Notes: generated by a model not told the origin, from the sequence alone. Numbered from the stretch's first letter, positions 1 through 10,598 are shown. The stretch: DNA of 64,000 nucleotides from Thermoprotei archaeon (GCA_017857595.1 JAFMCU010000001.1:74497-138496), one strand, 5' to 3'. Numbers and translations: made by a program.

Positions 1-134
1 GTTGTTGGAGCTTCCCCGTATCCTACATATCCATCAGAAGTAGTTAATCTTAATATTAAAATTGTCGAACTCCAAGGAGTTGCAGTTTCTTTTTCTCCCA
101 ATTCATAAATTTCTATTTCTTTTATCTTACCCAT
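1..134 (-). CDS. Enolase-superfamily protein (mandelate racemase/muconate-lactonizing type, gluconate/galactonate-dehydratase-like). Only the N-terminal 44 codons are present; the gene runs off the left edge.
   Basis: Reverse-strand reading from the ATG at 134..132 gives MGKIKEIEIYELGEKETATPWSSTILILRLTTSDGYVGYGEAPTT. The T.dG..GyGEa capping-domain pattern is typical of MR/MLE enzymes. It is absent from the ORF track because the window truncates it. Confidence 0.5.
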   Translation of the reverse strand, partial: MGKIKEIEIYELGEKETATPWSSTILILRLTTSDGYVGYGEAPT

Positions 135-173
135 TAATTAGGATAACGCTTATCAATTCTTTAAAAGTATGTT

Positions 174-1409
174 TTAAATTTGTTCCTGTGAAATTTCGTA
201 TGTTGGTTTGATATGTATAAACATTTTGTAGAAGAGCATAGTTGAAATAAAATAAAGTGTAGCTGTGATAAAAAACGGTACATCTAAAAGTCCTACATCA
301 AAAAAGTATCCACCGATAGTAGGTCCTATTGACCTAGGTATAGCATCAAATGTTTGAATTATTGCTGAACCCTTTGCCCTTTCCTCCTCAGGTATCAGGC
401 TCATTGTAAAAGCATTCATAATTGGAGAAGACATATTCATTAGTGCATTTCTAATTATATAGAATATCCCTGCAAGAATATAGTTGCTTAAAAATGGAAT
501 TAATATTAGAATTAAGATTGAAATCAATTGTGTGAATACGATTGTTCTTATTGATCCTATTTTATTTGCTATCGAAGGAGTTGTGAATGATGCTATTGAT
601 GTTATAATTTGGGAAATAGCAAAAATAGGACCTAAGATGTTAACATTTATACCAAACTTAAGATAAAACCAAAGAGGAAATAATTGTATAATAACTCCTG
701 CGCCTAGTCCAATTAGGCCTAACATTGAAAGTTTTAATACGAATTTGAATGACCTTTTTGGTAATATTTCAACTCTTCTTGTTCCTTTGTATGTCTCATT
801 AACTTTGTAAATTAAAATTAAAGAGAGAGTTACGATTATAATACAAAAAATAAAAATTATCCTATAAGAATCTACTAAACTTAAGTTAAATATACTCATT
901 AACACAGGAGGTAAACCGCCTATTAGCATTCCAAAGGCCATAAATATTCCTGTTAGTAAGCTATTAGTAGCAAATGCTACATTTCTATCACTTATATTTG
1001 TTTTTTCTGTAAATAAAGCAATAAATGAAGAAGATGTTGATGCGAAAGCTAAACCTGTAAGTATTGAAGCTATGATAAGCAATTTAAAATCGAATGTTAT
1101 GGAATAAATAATGAAGCTAAAAAGTAAAAATGCTCTACCGATCATTACGAATTTTTTTCTTCCTAGCATATCAGATAACGCTGCTAAAAATATCATTAAC
1201 AATGATCCTACTAAAGTTCTAATAGAAATTAAATTGCCGATATAAAATGAAGAATATCCTACATTATTTAAATAAATAGGAAAATCTACGAAAATGAATC
1301 CTTGAGCAAGTGATACAATCATAGAAGAAATTATCAATAATTTACCTTCATGCTCAATTTTCTTAAATTGAAGAGCTTGATTTATGAAATGAAGTTTAAT
1401 TAAGTTCAT
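174..1409 (-). CDS. MFS transporter
   Basis: 411 aa, about 12 hydrophobic segments. MFS motif-A-like LSDMLGRKK lies after TM2, with an internal repeat of two 6-TM halves. Confidence 0.75.
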   Translation of the reverse strand: MNLIKLHFINQALQFKKIEHEGKLLIISSMIVSLAQGFIFVDFPIYLNNVGYSSFYIGNLISIRTLVGSLLMIFLAALSDMLGRKKFVMIGRAFLLFSFIIYSITFDFKLLIIASILTGLAFASTSSSFIALFTEKTNISDRNVAFATNSLLTGIFMAFGMLIGGLPPVLMSIFNLSLVDSYRIIFIFCIIIVTLSLILIYKVNETYKGTRRVEILPKRSFKFVLKLSMLGLIGLGAGVIIQLFPLWFYLKFGINVNILGPIFAISQIITSIASFTTPSIANKIGSIRTIVFTQLISILILILIPFLSNYILAGIFYIIRNALMNMSSPIMNAFTMSLIPEEERAKGSAIIQTFDAIPRSIGPTIGGYFFDVGLLDVPFFITATLYFISTMLFYKMFIHIKPTYEISQEQI

Positions 1410-1498
1410 AATTTAAAGAGATTTTATTTCATGTTTTATTTATTATTTTTCAAGCATTTTAAGATAAGAATTTATTTGAACTAATGTCATAGAAATTA

Positions 1499-2803
1499 AT
1501 GGAAACGCAGCTTAAAGAAATTGATAAGTACTTAATGACTAACTTATATCCTACGCATAGAATATTTGTCAAAAGAGCTGAAGGAGCGTTTGTTTATGAT
1601 ATAGAAGGTAGAAGATATCTAGACTTCATGACAGTTGTTACAACTGCTACATTAGGGCATAATTTTAATGGATTAAGGAATGTTCTGAGTGAAGTATCTG
1701 AAAGGATAATTGCAGGTAATGGCTATAATTGGTATACTGAAGAACTTTTGAAAGCAGCAAAGCTTGTAATAAAGCTTTTTAACAATGAATCAATCTACAA
1801 TAAAGTTCATTTTAAACTAAGTGGATCAGAGGGGATTGAACTTGCGATTAAGATTGCAAAAAGGTATACAAAAAGGAATAATATTGCAGTATTTATGGGG
1901 GGTTATCATGGAAGGACATATCTAACAGGTGTATATCATGGGATTAGAAGAAAGGAATATGGTCCTTTGCCACCTGGTATTATGATTCTTCCTTTTCCAT
2001 ATAAATATAGAAGCGTATATAGTGAAATTGATGATAATACATATTCGAAGGTTATCATCGAAGAAATTGAAAACTACATAAAAAATAATAGCGATTTAGC
2101 ATGCTTAATATCAGAACCAATACAAGGAATTGGTGGAATTGTAGTACCTCCAAGCAACTTTTTTGCTTTGCTAAGCAGGTTGCTAAAAGAATATGGAATT
2201 CTACTTATTATGGATGAAATACAAACTGGTATGGGGAGAACAGGTAAAGTTTGGGGCTTTGAAAACTTCAATGTAAATCCTGATATAGTAGTTGCAGCTA
2301 AAGGAATGACTGGTGGCTTACCTGCTTCAGCCGTTGTAACAAATGATAGAATAGCTGCATCTATGCAATTAGGCGATGAGCATTCAACCTTTGGAGCTTC
2401 AGCTTTAATAATGTCTGCTGTTGCTTATTCTATTGAATATTTCTTGAATAACAAAGATAATTTACTTTCCAATGTTAAAGTTATGGGAGATTATAGTTTG
2501 AAAAGGTTGAATGAATTGCGAGAAAAGCATCCGATTATAGGTGATGTAAGGGGAATGGGATTGATGATAGGCATAGAGCTTATCAAAGACAGAAAAACAA
2601 AAGAACCTGCTACAAAGGAAACTAATGAAATTTGTTTAAATAAGGCTTTGAAGAAAGGACTTTTGGTAGTTTCGAGTGGTTGGTATGGGAATGTAATTAG
2701 ATTTGCACCGCCTTTTATAGTAAATAAAGAGCAAATTGATGAAGCTATAGATATTTTGGATAAATCTTTATATGAAATAGAAAGAGAAAGTGGTATTAAT
2801 TAA
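1499..2803 (+). CDS. Class III PLP-dependent aminotransferase (acetylornithine/4-aminobutyrate aminotransferase family)
   Basis: Motifs LLIMDEIQTGMGRTGKVWGFE, SGSEGIELAIKIAK and AAKGMTGGLP (PLP lysine); 434 aa. Confidence 0.85.
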   Translation: METQLKEIDKYLMTNLYPTHRIFVKRAEGAFVYDIEGRRYLDFMTVVTTATLGHNFNGLRNVLSEVSERIIAGNGYNWYTEELLKAAKLVIKLFNNESIYNKVHFKLSGSEGIELAIKIAKRYTKRNNIAVFMGGYHGRTYLTGVYHGIRRKEYGPLPPGIMILPFPYKYRSVYSEIDDNTYSKVIIEEIENYIKNNSDLACLISEPIQGIGGIVVPPSNFFALLSRLLKEYGILLIMDEIQTGMGRTGKVWGFENFNVNPDIVVAAKGMTGGLPASAVVTNDRIAASMQLGDEHSTFGASALIMSAVAYSIEYFLNNKDNLLSNVKVMGDYSLKRLNELREKHPIIGDVRGMGLMIGIELIKDRKTKEPATKETNEICLNKALKKGLLVVSSGWYGNVIRFAPPFIVNKEQIDEAIDILDKSLYEIERESGIN

Positions 2804-4023
2804 ACATTAAACCATGGTAGTAACTGTATTTTAACAATCTCACCTTTTTTCAAGAATTCTTTTTCTTTTTCCTCCACAACTATAAAGCAATTCGCTTCCG
2901 CAAAGCTTTTTAAAGCATGAGATTCTTGAAGACCTGTTGATCTTGCAAAATATTGGCTTTCATGCCAATATGCATATCCACGAATGAATTCTATTCTTCC
3001 AGCTTTTCTTTTTATTTCTTCCTGCAGTTCAGCGTATCTTTCCGGTAAGAATATATCCTCTCTTCCTATCATTTTCATTAAAGCAGGCCTTATGAATTGA
3101 TAATAGCATACCATAGCAGATGCAGGATTGCCTGGTAAAGCAAAAAATAATTTATCATCTTTTATTCCAAAATAAAACGGTTTTCCTGGCTTGATATTTA
3201 CTTTCCAGAAAACTCTTTTAACACCTAAAATTTCTAATTCTCTTTTAACAAAATCTTCTTCGCCTTCAGACGTGCCCCCGCTAATTATGAAAACATCAAA
3301 ATTATCAGCGTTATGATTAATTTTATTTCTAAAAGTTTCAGGATCATCTTTAATTATTCCTAATTTTTCAAAAGGAAAACCATCATATTTTAATGAGGAG
3401 GCTAACGAATAAGAATTTGCTTCCCATATTTTACCTTGTTGAAGTTCATTGCCAGGTTCAATTAATTCTTTACCTGTGACTAAAATTCCAATTTTTGGTT
3501 TGGAATAGACAGTTACTTCAGTATACCCTAATTTAGCTAAAAGGCCTATTATTGAAGGCGTTATAAGCTTGTTTTTATTTATAGCAACTTCTCCTTTTTT
3601 TATTTCTTCTCCTCTTTTTCTTATATTCTCACCTAGCTGTGTATTCTTATATATTTTAACGTATCCATCTTCTTCTTTTGCAAACTCTTGCATACAAACA
3701 GAATCTGCACCTATAGGTATCATTGCTCCTGTCATTACTTTGCTTGCGCTGCCACTTTTTATTTCAAATCTTGGTAAATCTCCAGCCCTAATCCTTTCAA
3801 CTAATTTCAATGTAATTGGATTTTTTTCATTCGCATTAATTATATCTTGACTTTTCAGAGCATATCCATCAACTGCAGAGTTATCAAAAGGAGGTAAATC
3901 TATGGTTGCATAAATATCTTCAGCTAAAACATAATTTAACGAATTTAATAAGCTAAGCTTTATTTTATTCATTATTCTTACGTGATTTAGCATTAATTTT
4001 ATTGCTTCTCTGAATTCTATCAC
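2800..4023 (-). CDS. moeA: Molybdopterin molybdenumtransferase MoeA
   Basis: PPFDNSAVDGYAL, MTGAMIP, ISGGTSEGEEDF and LPGNPASAMV are typical MoeA domain motifs; 407 aa. The 3' end overlaps the convergent aminotransferase by 4 nt. Confidence 0.85.
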   Translation of the reverse strand: MIEFREAIKLMLNHVRIMNKIKLSLLNSLNYVLAEDIYATIDLPPFDNSAVDGYALKSQDIINANEKNPITLKLVERIRAGDLPRFEIKSGSASKVMTGAMIPIGADSVCMQEFAKEEDGYVKIYKNTQLGENIRKRGEEIKKGEVAINKNKLITPSIIGLLAKLGYTEVTVYSKPKIGILVTGKELIEPGNELQQGKIWEANSYSLASSLKYDGFPFEKLGIIKDDPETFRNKINHNADNFDVFIISGGTSEGEEDFVKRELEILGVKRVFWKVNIKPGKPFYFGIKDDKLFFALPGNPASAMVCYYQFIRPALMKMIGREDIFLPERYAELQEEIKRKAGRIEFIRGYAYWHESQYFARSTGLQESHALKSFAEANCFIVVEEKEKEFLKKGEIVKIQLLPWFNV

Positions 4024-4074
4024 AATCTTATTATAATTAAAGTTATATATAATATTATCACAAATTCTTTCTAA

Positions 4075-4106
4075 ATAATATAATAATTATATAATTATTA
4101 TATTAT
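4075..4106. repeat. Perfect 32-bp A/T-only palindrome in the divergent moeA / MFS intergenic region (candidate operator or bidirectional TATA region)
   Basis: Read directly: ATAATATAATAATTAT|ATAATTATTATATTAT. All 16 pairs around the centre between 4090 and 4091 are complementary; the match breaks at 4074/4107. Confidence 0.7.
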
Positions 4107-4163
4107 AATTTTTATATTTATTTACCAAAAGATATTTATGCATTATTTTTTCAATATAACATA

Positions 4164-5474
4164 ATGAGTAAAGCAAGCTCAGATGTAGATTATTATATTC
4201 AAAATAAACCCGCCTTAGGCATAGTCTTATCTTCAACGATTGGCTCTATAATTGAATGGTACGATTTATTTGTATATGGTTCTTTAATCGTTGTTTTATC
4301 CAATGTTTTCTTTCCTAAGATAAACCCATTTATATCAATATTAGCTTCGATAGGTGCTTTTGTTGCAGGTGCTGCTGTTAGACCATTAGGTGGGCTTATT
4401 TTTGGTTTTCTAGGCGATAAAATAGGAAGGAAGTATTCATTCACTTATACAATTATAATAATGGGATTATGTTCTTTCTTTACAGGATTATTACCAACCT
4501 ATGTCTCAATAGGTATTTTAGCTCCCATCTTTTTGGTTTTAATAAGAATAACACAAGGTCTTGCATTAGGTGGTGAATGGCCAGGTGCAGCTATATTTCT
4601 AGCTGAAAATTCTCCTAAATCTAAAGTTGGTTATTGGACGAGCTATATACAATCAAGTGCAACAATAGGATTAGCTTTAGCTAGCTCGGTTTCTTTTCTA
4701 TCAAGTTATTTTCTAGGTTATGAAGAATTTGTCTCATGGGGATGGAGAATTCCATTTCTATTTTCTATTTTCCTTTTAATAATAGGTATTATATCTAGAT
4801 TAAAGCTAAGTGAAACTCCAATCTTTAAAAAATTATTACAAAGAAAAGAAATTTCACGAAATCCGATAAGGGATAGTTTTCTAAATAAGAGGAATTTTAA
4901 ATTAATTCTTTTAGTAACATTTATAGCAGGTGGTTCCAGTGTTGTTTGGCATACAGCTCAGTACATTTCATCTATTTATATGCAAGGTTATTTGCATATA
5001 AACTTTTTAACTGTTACAGGAATTATGGTCGCATCGTTTCTATCTGCAATTCCTTTTTTCATATTTTTTGGTTGGCTGTCAGATAAGAAAGACAAGCTGT
5101 TAATCATAGCTTTAGGGAATTTAATTTTTTCAATAACAGTTATACCAATTTATTATTTAATTCCTATTTTTATAACTGAACAAAACTATTTAGGATTATT
5201 TTTCCTTACTTTTATACAAGTATTTTTATCTACGATGACCTATTCTCCACTGGCTGCATTCATGATAGAAATTTTTAATGAAAAAATTAGATATACTTCA
5301 ATCTCAGTTCCTTATGGTATAGCTACAGGTGATATAGGAGATGGTACTTTGCTTATCGTACCTATATTAAGCGCAGTATTAGGTTCATTTTATTTAGGTT
5401 TATTATGGTCAGCTATAGTACCTTTAATTTCTTTTATAATGATAATTTTTGCAAAGAAACATTTAAAAATTTGA
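4164..5474 (+). CDS. MFS transporter, metabolite:H+ symporter (ProP/KgtP-like) type
   Basis: 436 aa, 12 TM. WYDLFVYGS near the N-terminus and GFLGDKIGRK (motif A) are typical of the MHS subfamily. Confidence 0.8.
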   Translation: MSKASSDVDYYIQNKPALGIVLSSTIGSIIEWYDLFVYGSLIVVLSNVFFPKINPFISILASIGAFVAGAAVRPLGGLIFGFLGDKIGRKYSFTYTIIIMGLCSFFTGLLPTYVSIGILAPIFLVLIRITQGLALGGEWPGAAIFLAENSPKSKVGYWTSYIQSSATIGLALASSVSFLSSYFLGYEEFVSWGWRIPFLFSIFLLIIGIISRLKLSETPIFKKLLQRKEISRNPIRDSFLNKRNFKLILLVTFIAGGSSVVWHTAQYISSIYMQGYLHINFLTVTGIMVASFLSAIPFFIFFGWLSDKKDKLLIIALGNLIFSITVIPIYYLIPIFITEQNYLGLFFLTFIQVFLSTMTYSPLAAFMIEIFNEKIRYTSISVPYGIATGDIGDGTLLIVPILSAVLGSFYLGLLWSAIVPLISFIMIIFAKKHLKI

Positions 5475-6055
5475 GAGGAGCTGTAATACTAGCTGGTGGA
5501 GCAAGTAAAAGATTTGGAAGTAATAAAGCTTTGGCAAAGTTTAAGGATAAAGAGCTTATTAAATGGTGTATAGAAGGTCTCGAAAATTTAGTAGATGAAT
5601 TATTTATTTCAGTTAAGAAAAAAGAAAATTTCAAAGAGTTTGAAGTAAAAAATGTTAAAGTTGTTGAAGATATATGTAATTTAGAAGGACCGCTTGTTGG
5701 TGTATACTCTTGCTTGTTAAAAATGGAATCTTCATTTGTTTATTTACATCCTGTTGATTCACCCTTCATAATAAATGAGTTTATCGAATTCATGTTTAAA
5801 AAATGTGAAGGCTATAATGGTTGCGTAATAATTTTTGAAGATGGAACAATTAATCCTACACATTCAGTTATAGAAAGAAGTATTGCATTATTTTATTCAA
5901 AAAAATTGCTAGAAAAAGGTATAACAGACTTAAAATCTTTATTTTTTTCATTGCCCAAAATTAACTACGTTAGAATACAAGATGTTCGCATATACGAAAA
6001 GGCTCTATTTAACATAAACACGCCTGAAGATTTAAAAAATGCATATATGATATGA
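5471..6055 (+). CDS. mobA: Molybdenum cofactor guanylyltransferase MobA-like
   Basis: GAVILAGGASKRFGSNKAL, EGPLVGVYS and HPVDSPFI match the MobA nucleotide-binding and MPT-binding motifs. I place the start at TTG 5471, which overlaps the MFS stop (tTTGA). The track ORF from ATG 5405 would overlap the MFS gene by 70 nt and adds non-conserved residues. Confidence 0.7.
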   Translation: MRGAVILAGGASKRFGSNKALAKFKDKELIKWCIEGLENLVDELFISVKKKENFKEFEVKNVKVVEDICNLEGPLVGVYSCLLKMESSFVYLHPVDSPFIINEFIEFMFKKCEGYNGCVIIFEDGTINPTHSVIERSIALFYSKKLLEKGITDLKSLFFSLPKINYVRIQDVRIYEKALFNINTPEDLKNAYMI

Positions 6056-6639
6056 AAAAGATTTCATGTATAATATTGGCTGCAGGACCTTCTTTAAGGA
6101 TGGGTTTTCCTAAACAAATAGCTAAGTTTAAAGGAGAAAAAATGATCAATATTGTTATCGAAAAAGTTATAGACATGAATTTTTATGAATTAATCGTCGT
6201 ACTTGGTCATGAAGCAGAAAAAATTAAAGAGAATATTAAGTTCAAAGTGGATAAATTTGTTATAAATAAAGATTATCTCAGTGGAATATCATCTTCGTTA
6301 AGGATTGGCATTTTAAATGTTTCAAAGGAATCAGATGCTGCAGCGATATTCCTTGCAGATGAGCCATTGATAAGAAGAGAAACAATAAAAAAAGTTATTG
6401 ATGCATATAATAATTCGAATGCGTTAATAGTTGCTCCGTCTTATAAGGGAGAAATAGGTCATCCAGTAGTGTTCGATAAAGAACTGTTTAAAGATATAAT
6501 CGCTTTAGAAGGTGATGTGGGAGCTAAAAAAATAATTTTCAAATATAAAGAAAATGCTCTAATAATTGAAGTCGATGATGGAGGAATTTTGATAGATATT
6601 GATACACCGAGCGATTTAGAAAAATTTAATAAAGCGTAG
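6052..6639 (+). CDS. MobA-like NTP transferase, MocA-type (molybdenum cofactor cytidylyltransferase-like)
   Basis: [28 protein letters not shown] and [11 protein letters not shown]. The ATGA start/stop overlap with mobA (6052..6055) suggests co-translation. Confidence 0.65.
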   Translation: MKKISCIILAAGPSLRMGFPKQIAKFKGEKMINIVIEKVIDMNFYELIVVLGHEAEKIKENIKFKVDKFVINKDYLSGISSSLRIGILNVSKESDAAAIFLADEPLIRRETIKKVIDAYNNSNALIVAPSYKGEIGHPVVFDKELFKDIIALEGDVGAKKIIFKYKENALIIEVDDGGILIDIDTPSDLEKFNKA

Positions 6640-6649
6640 AGAAACTACC

Positions 6650-8374
6650 ATGAAAGTATCCAAATTATCTTATATTAGGAAATGGTTCATACTTAGTATA
6701 ATATTTGGAATCGTCGCAGGATTTTCTGCAGTAATTTTTTACTTTTTGCTTAATCTAAGTGAAAATTTTTTCTTAGGATTTTTAATAGGTTATTATCCTC
6801 CTAAACCAATAGGTGAAGGAGGAAATTTAAGTTATACATTTTCAACACATTACTATTGGTTAATTCCCTTTATTACAGCTCTGGGAGGTCTAATATCTGG
6901 CTTAATTGTATATACTTTTGCACCTGAAGCTGAAGGTCATGGGACAGATGCAGCAATAAGAGCTTACCATTTTCAGCAAGGAAAGGTTAGATGGAGAATT
7001 GCTCCTATCAAATTAGTAGCTTCAGTTATAACAATTGGAAGTGGAGGTAGCGGTGGGAGAGAGGGTCCAACTGCACAACTTGCATCTTCAATTAGTTCTT
7101 TTCTATCAGATATCTTAAAGTTACCTCCTGAAGATAGACGGAAAGCGATAGCTGTGGGAATAGGCGCTGGTATAGGAAGTATATTTAAGACTCCGATAGG
7201 TGGTGCTCTTCTTGCTGCTGAAATATTATACAAAAGAGACTTTGAATCTGAAATTATATATCCAGCTTTGATTTCTTCCGCGATAGGCTACTCTATTTTC
7301 GGTTTAATTTACGGATTTACACCTATATTCGGTTATTATACAATGGGCTTTAACCCTTTAAGGCTTCCTTTATATGTAATTTTAGGATTTATAACAGGAG
7401 TATTTTCAATTCTATATGTTAAAACGTTCTATAGCATTCATAATTTTTTCAAAAAAATTAAAGTTCCAATTCATTTTAAGCCTATGATAGGAGGATTACT
7501 TATGGGGATTATAGCATTAATTTCGCCTGAGGTTATATCTGTTGGTTATGGTTGGATTAATATAGTAGAAAATCAGAATGTTAATAGCTTATATTCTTTC
7601 TTATTACCCCCTATAATACTTATAATTGCCTTACCTTTTTTAAAAATATTAGCTACAAGTTTATCAATTGGCTCTGGAGGTAGCGGCGGTGTATTTGCTC
7701 CTGGCTTATTCATCGGATCATTTCTTGGAGCAGATGTTGGTTTATTATTTCATTTACTACTACCGAACCTCGTTCCTAGTATTGCTCCTTTTGTTATACT
7801 TGGAATGATTTCCTTTTTTGGTGCAGCGGGAAAAGTCCCTGTATCTGTTCTAATCATGGTTATAGAAATGACAGGAAGTTTACAATTGCTTCCTGGTGCT
7901 ATGATAGCAGTAGCAATATCTTACTTTGTATCAGGTAATTATAGCATTTATAGTTCACAAGTTCCAACAAGGAAAGATTCACCTGCACATACCATGGAAT
8001 TCGAAATACCTTTATTACAAAGGATCAAAGTTAGAAGTTGCACATATGAAAATATTAAGATTAATTTAGATTCTGAAATAGATGTTGCAATTCAATTGAT
8101 GAACAAATACGATATATTATCTTTACCTGTCGTCGATCAAGAGAACAATTTTATTGGAATAGTCTATATGAAAGATATTATGAATAAAAAAGGTAAAATT
8201 GTTGAATTTGTAGTTAAAGGTGCGCCTTCGATTAGTCCCGAATCGAGTTTAGAAGAAGCATTAGAGATCATGTCAAATAATAAATCAAGATGGGTTGCAG
8301 TTTGTGATAAAGGTAAATTAATTGGTGTGATAACTTTGCAAAAAATAATAGAAGCTTATAAAAAAAGAATCTAA
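6650..8374 (+). CDS. ClC-family chloride channel/transporter with a C-terminal CBS pair
   Basis: Selectivity-filter motifs GGREGP and [11 protein letters not shown], more than 10 TM segments, and two CBS-like repeats ([19 protein letters not shown]; [19 protein letters not shown]). Confidence 0.9.
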   Translation: MKVSKLSYIRKWFILSIIFGIVAGFSAVIFYFLLNLSENFFLGFLIGYYPPKPIGEGGNLSYTFSTHYYWLIPFITALGGLISGLIVYTFAPEAEGHGTDAAIRAYHFQQGKVRWRIAPIKLVASVITIGSGGSGGREGPTAQLASSISSFLSDILKLPPEDRRKAIAVGIGAGIGSIFKTPIGGALLAAEILYKRDFESEIIYPALISSAIGYSIFGLIYGFTPIFGYYTMGFNPLRLPLYVILGFITGVFSILYVKTFYSIHNFFKKIKVPIHFKPMIGGLLMGIIALISPEVISVGYGWINIVENQNVNSLYSFLLPPIILIIALPFLKILATSLSIGSGGSGGVFAPGLFIGSFLGADVGLLFHLLLPNLVPSIAPFVILGMISFFGAAGKVPVSVLIMVIEMTGSLQLLPGAMIAVAISYFVSGNYSIYSSQVPTRKDSPAHTMEFEIPLLQRIKVRSCTYENIKINLDSEIDVAIQLMNKYDILSLPVVDQENNFIGIVYMKDIMNKKGKIVEFVVKGAPSISPESSLEEALEIMSNNKSRWVAVCDKGKLIGVITLQKIIEAYKKRI

Positions 8375-8383
8375 GTTCATTCA

Positions 8384-9030
8384 TTGATAACCTATCATCC
8401 TATTTTTATAAATATTTTCATTTTGATTTCAATGTTAATTGATTCAATCATTAAAAATAAGGATCTTATAGATACTGCTTTGCATTATAATGTAAGCAAA
8501 TCACAATTATCAAAACTAGATTTGCAAAGGTCATATCAGATATTTGTTGAATTGTTTTATATGTTGCTCTATCCATACATTATGGGTCATAATTTTCGAT
8601 TATATAACAAGTTTCTAAGTATAATATCAATAGATTCAACATTCATAAAAACAAAAATAAGAGGATCTGGCATTTATTCAAGGAATGGTAATAGAGAGAA
8701 TGGTATAAAGATGCACACTGCATTGTTCTTCCCATTAACAATACCATTGGAATCGATAATTACACCTGCGAACATCAGTGATTCATCAATGTTTGATGAA
8801 ATAATAAAAAACATTGATGGAAATATACTAAAGGGTAGCATTCTTGTATTTGATTTGGGTTATTATGATTCAGAAAGGTTTAAAACTCTTGATGAAAAAT
8901 GCATACTGTTCGTTACAAGAATAAAATCGAATATAAAATACGAAATAATAGATATTGAAGGTAAATCTAAGATAATAAGATTGGTGAGCAATGGCTATAC
9001 TTTAAGGCTTGTATCAATCAAAAAAGGTAG
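8384..9030 (+). mobile_element. Remnant of an IS4/IS5-type DDE transposase gene (3'-truncated, no ATG start)
   Basis: IDSTFIKT (first Asp region), GIKMHTAL and LVFDLGYYDSERF...ILFVTRIKSN (second Asp region) are present, but the third catalytic (Glu) region is missing. The ORF begins at TTG. After about 9030 its reading frame runs into acyl-CoA dehydrogenase-derived DNA. Confidence 0.6.
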
Positions 9031-9519
9031 AGAGGATTTTATCATATTATGGAAGAATCAAATGTAGAAAGAGTCTTAATTGCTGGACAAACTATAGCTG
9101 CAGGAAAATATGTAATAAAGAGGGCAGTTGAATATTCAAAGAAAAGGGTAGTCTTTCCGCCAGATCCTATTGGAAAATATCAAGGAATTCAATATCCATT
9201 AGCAGATGCTTGGATAAGATTGGAAGCGGCAGATCAAATGAAATGGAAGGCATTGGAATTACTAGAAATGAATGGAGATTTAAAAGATGTTGGATATTAC
9301 GCAAATATGGCAAAATATCTTTCTGGAGAAGCTTGCTCATTAGCTAGTAGATATTCCATGTGGACCCACGGTGGATATGGTTATTAAATTGAGTTAGATA
9401 TAGAAAGATTTTGGAGAGCGGCTGAATTATTTGCAGGCCCAGGTCAAATTTCATCGCATATGATACTAAATTTCATTGCAACAAACATATTAGATTTGCC
9501 TAGATCCTATGGAGAGTAA
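9031..9519 (+). pseudogene. Acyl-CoA dehydrogenase pseudogene: C-terminal third only, with an in-frame TAA
   Basis: The frame opens at 9031 with RGFYHIMEESNVERVLIAGQTIAAGKYVIKRAVEYSKKRVVF...HGGYGY. TAA follows at 9385..9387, and the same frame continues IELDIERFWRAAELFAGPGQISSHMILNFIATNILDLP to 9519. This is the ACAD alpha-helical C-terminal domain pattern. The N-terminal ~225 residues are absent. Confidence 0.75.
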
Positions 9520-9637
9520 ATGAATATTTTTAAAATTTAACTTGACATTATTTTAAGTTTTCAGAAAATTAAAGCTGCAACAAAAGCTATCCATTAAAAT
9601 ATTTTTTATTAAATTTGCATGTACATTGCAAAATGTG

Positions 9638-10546
9638 TCAATGTCCTCCACCTTCTATCATTTTGAAGGAATGTAATACTGCAGGAAAGAGAACATCCAT
9701 GTATTCTTTAGCGGCCCTAGGGCTTCCTGGCATATTTATTATTAATGTTTTACCTCTAACACCTGCAATTGCTCTTGATAGCATTGCTAAAGGAATTCTT
9801 CTTTGTCCGTATGCTCTTGCTGCCTCGATTATTCCTTCAATTTCTTTTTCTATGATTTCTTTGGTAGCTTCTGGTGTAATGTCACGAGGCCCTAAACCAG
9901 TGCCGCCGGTCGTTAATACTAGGTCTAATTTTAATTGATCAGTTAATCTCAATAGTTCATTAATAATTAAATCTTTTTCATCGGGCAAAATTTTATATGA
10001 TTCGATCTTTATATTCCACTTCTTAAGTTCCTGTTCAATTATCTTTCCAGATTTATCTTCTCTACTTCCTGCAGCAGCTGAATCGCTAATAACGATTATA
10101 CCTGCCCTTATTTCTTTTTCAATTTCTTGCAAAAAGTCGCTCTTACCTCCTTTCTTATATAGCAGCTTAATCTCTGTAATTGTAATGTTATCATCTATAG
10201 GCTTAAGCATATCATATATTGTTAATGCAGCTATAGCAACAGAAGTCAAAGCTTCCATTTCAACTCCTGTTTTCCAAATTGTTTTCACTATCGATTTGAT
10301 AAGTATTTCATTTTCCTTCATATCGAAATCAATAGATACATAATCTACAGGTATATTATGACAAAGTGGTATTATTTCTCCAGTTCTTTTAGCAGCTATT
10401 ATTCCAGCTGTTCTAGCAGTTGAAAAAACATCACCCTTTGGTGTTGAACCTCTTTTTATCGCTTCAATACTGCTAGTAGAAACTAAAATTCTAGCCTGAG
10501 CACTAGCTTCTCTTAATGTATCATATTTCCAACTAACATCAAACAT
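9638..10546 (-). CDS. moaC: Bifunctional MoaC (cyclic pyranopterin monophosphate synthase) / MoaB-MogA domain fusion
   Basis: The N-terminal half has KGDVFSTARTAGIIAAKRTGEIIPLCHNIP and TGVEMEALTSVAIAALTIYDMLK (MoaC). The C-terminal half has VISDSAAAGSREDKSGK, LVLTTGGTGLGPRDITPEAT and NMPGSPRAAKE (MogA/MoaB). Confidence 0.85.
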   Translation of the reverse strand: MFDVSWKYDTLREASAQARILVSTSSIEAIKRGSTPKGDVFSTARTAGIIAAKRTGEIIPLCHNIPVDYVSIDFDMKENEILIKSIVKTIWKTGVEMEALTSVAIAALTIYDMLKPIDDNITITEIKLLYKKGGKSDFLQEIEKEIRAGIIVISDSAAAGSREDKSGKIIEQELKKWNIKIESYKILPDEKDLIINELLRLTDQLKLDLVLTTGGTGLGPRDITPEATKEIIEKEIEGIIEAARAYGQRRIPLAMLSRAIAGVRGKTLIINMPGSPRAAKEYMDVLFPAVLHSFKMIEGGGH

Positions 10547-10598
10547 ACAAATGAATAATGTCTCATAAAATAATTATTCTTAAATCAGTTAATTATTC

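Noticed and set aside
5405-5470. Extended N-terminus of mobA from ATG 5405, as in the ORF track.
   Set aside because: It would overlap the MFS transporter gene by 70 nt. It adds 22 residues (MVSYSTFNFFYNDNFCKETFKN) before the conserved GAVILAGG motif that look like out-of-frame MFS coding sequence. TTG 5471, overlapping the MFS stop, is more plausible but remains unproven.
9601-9631. Imperfect palindrome TTGCATGTACATTGCAA and an adjacent T-run just downstream of the moaC-moaB stop codon; possible terminator.
   Set aside because: The stem is only 5 bp with an internal self-complementary hexamer. On the moaC transcript strand the flanking run is A-rich rather than U-rich, so it does not fit an archaeal oligo-U terminator.
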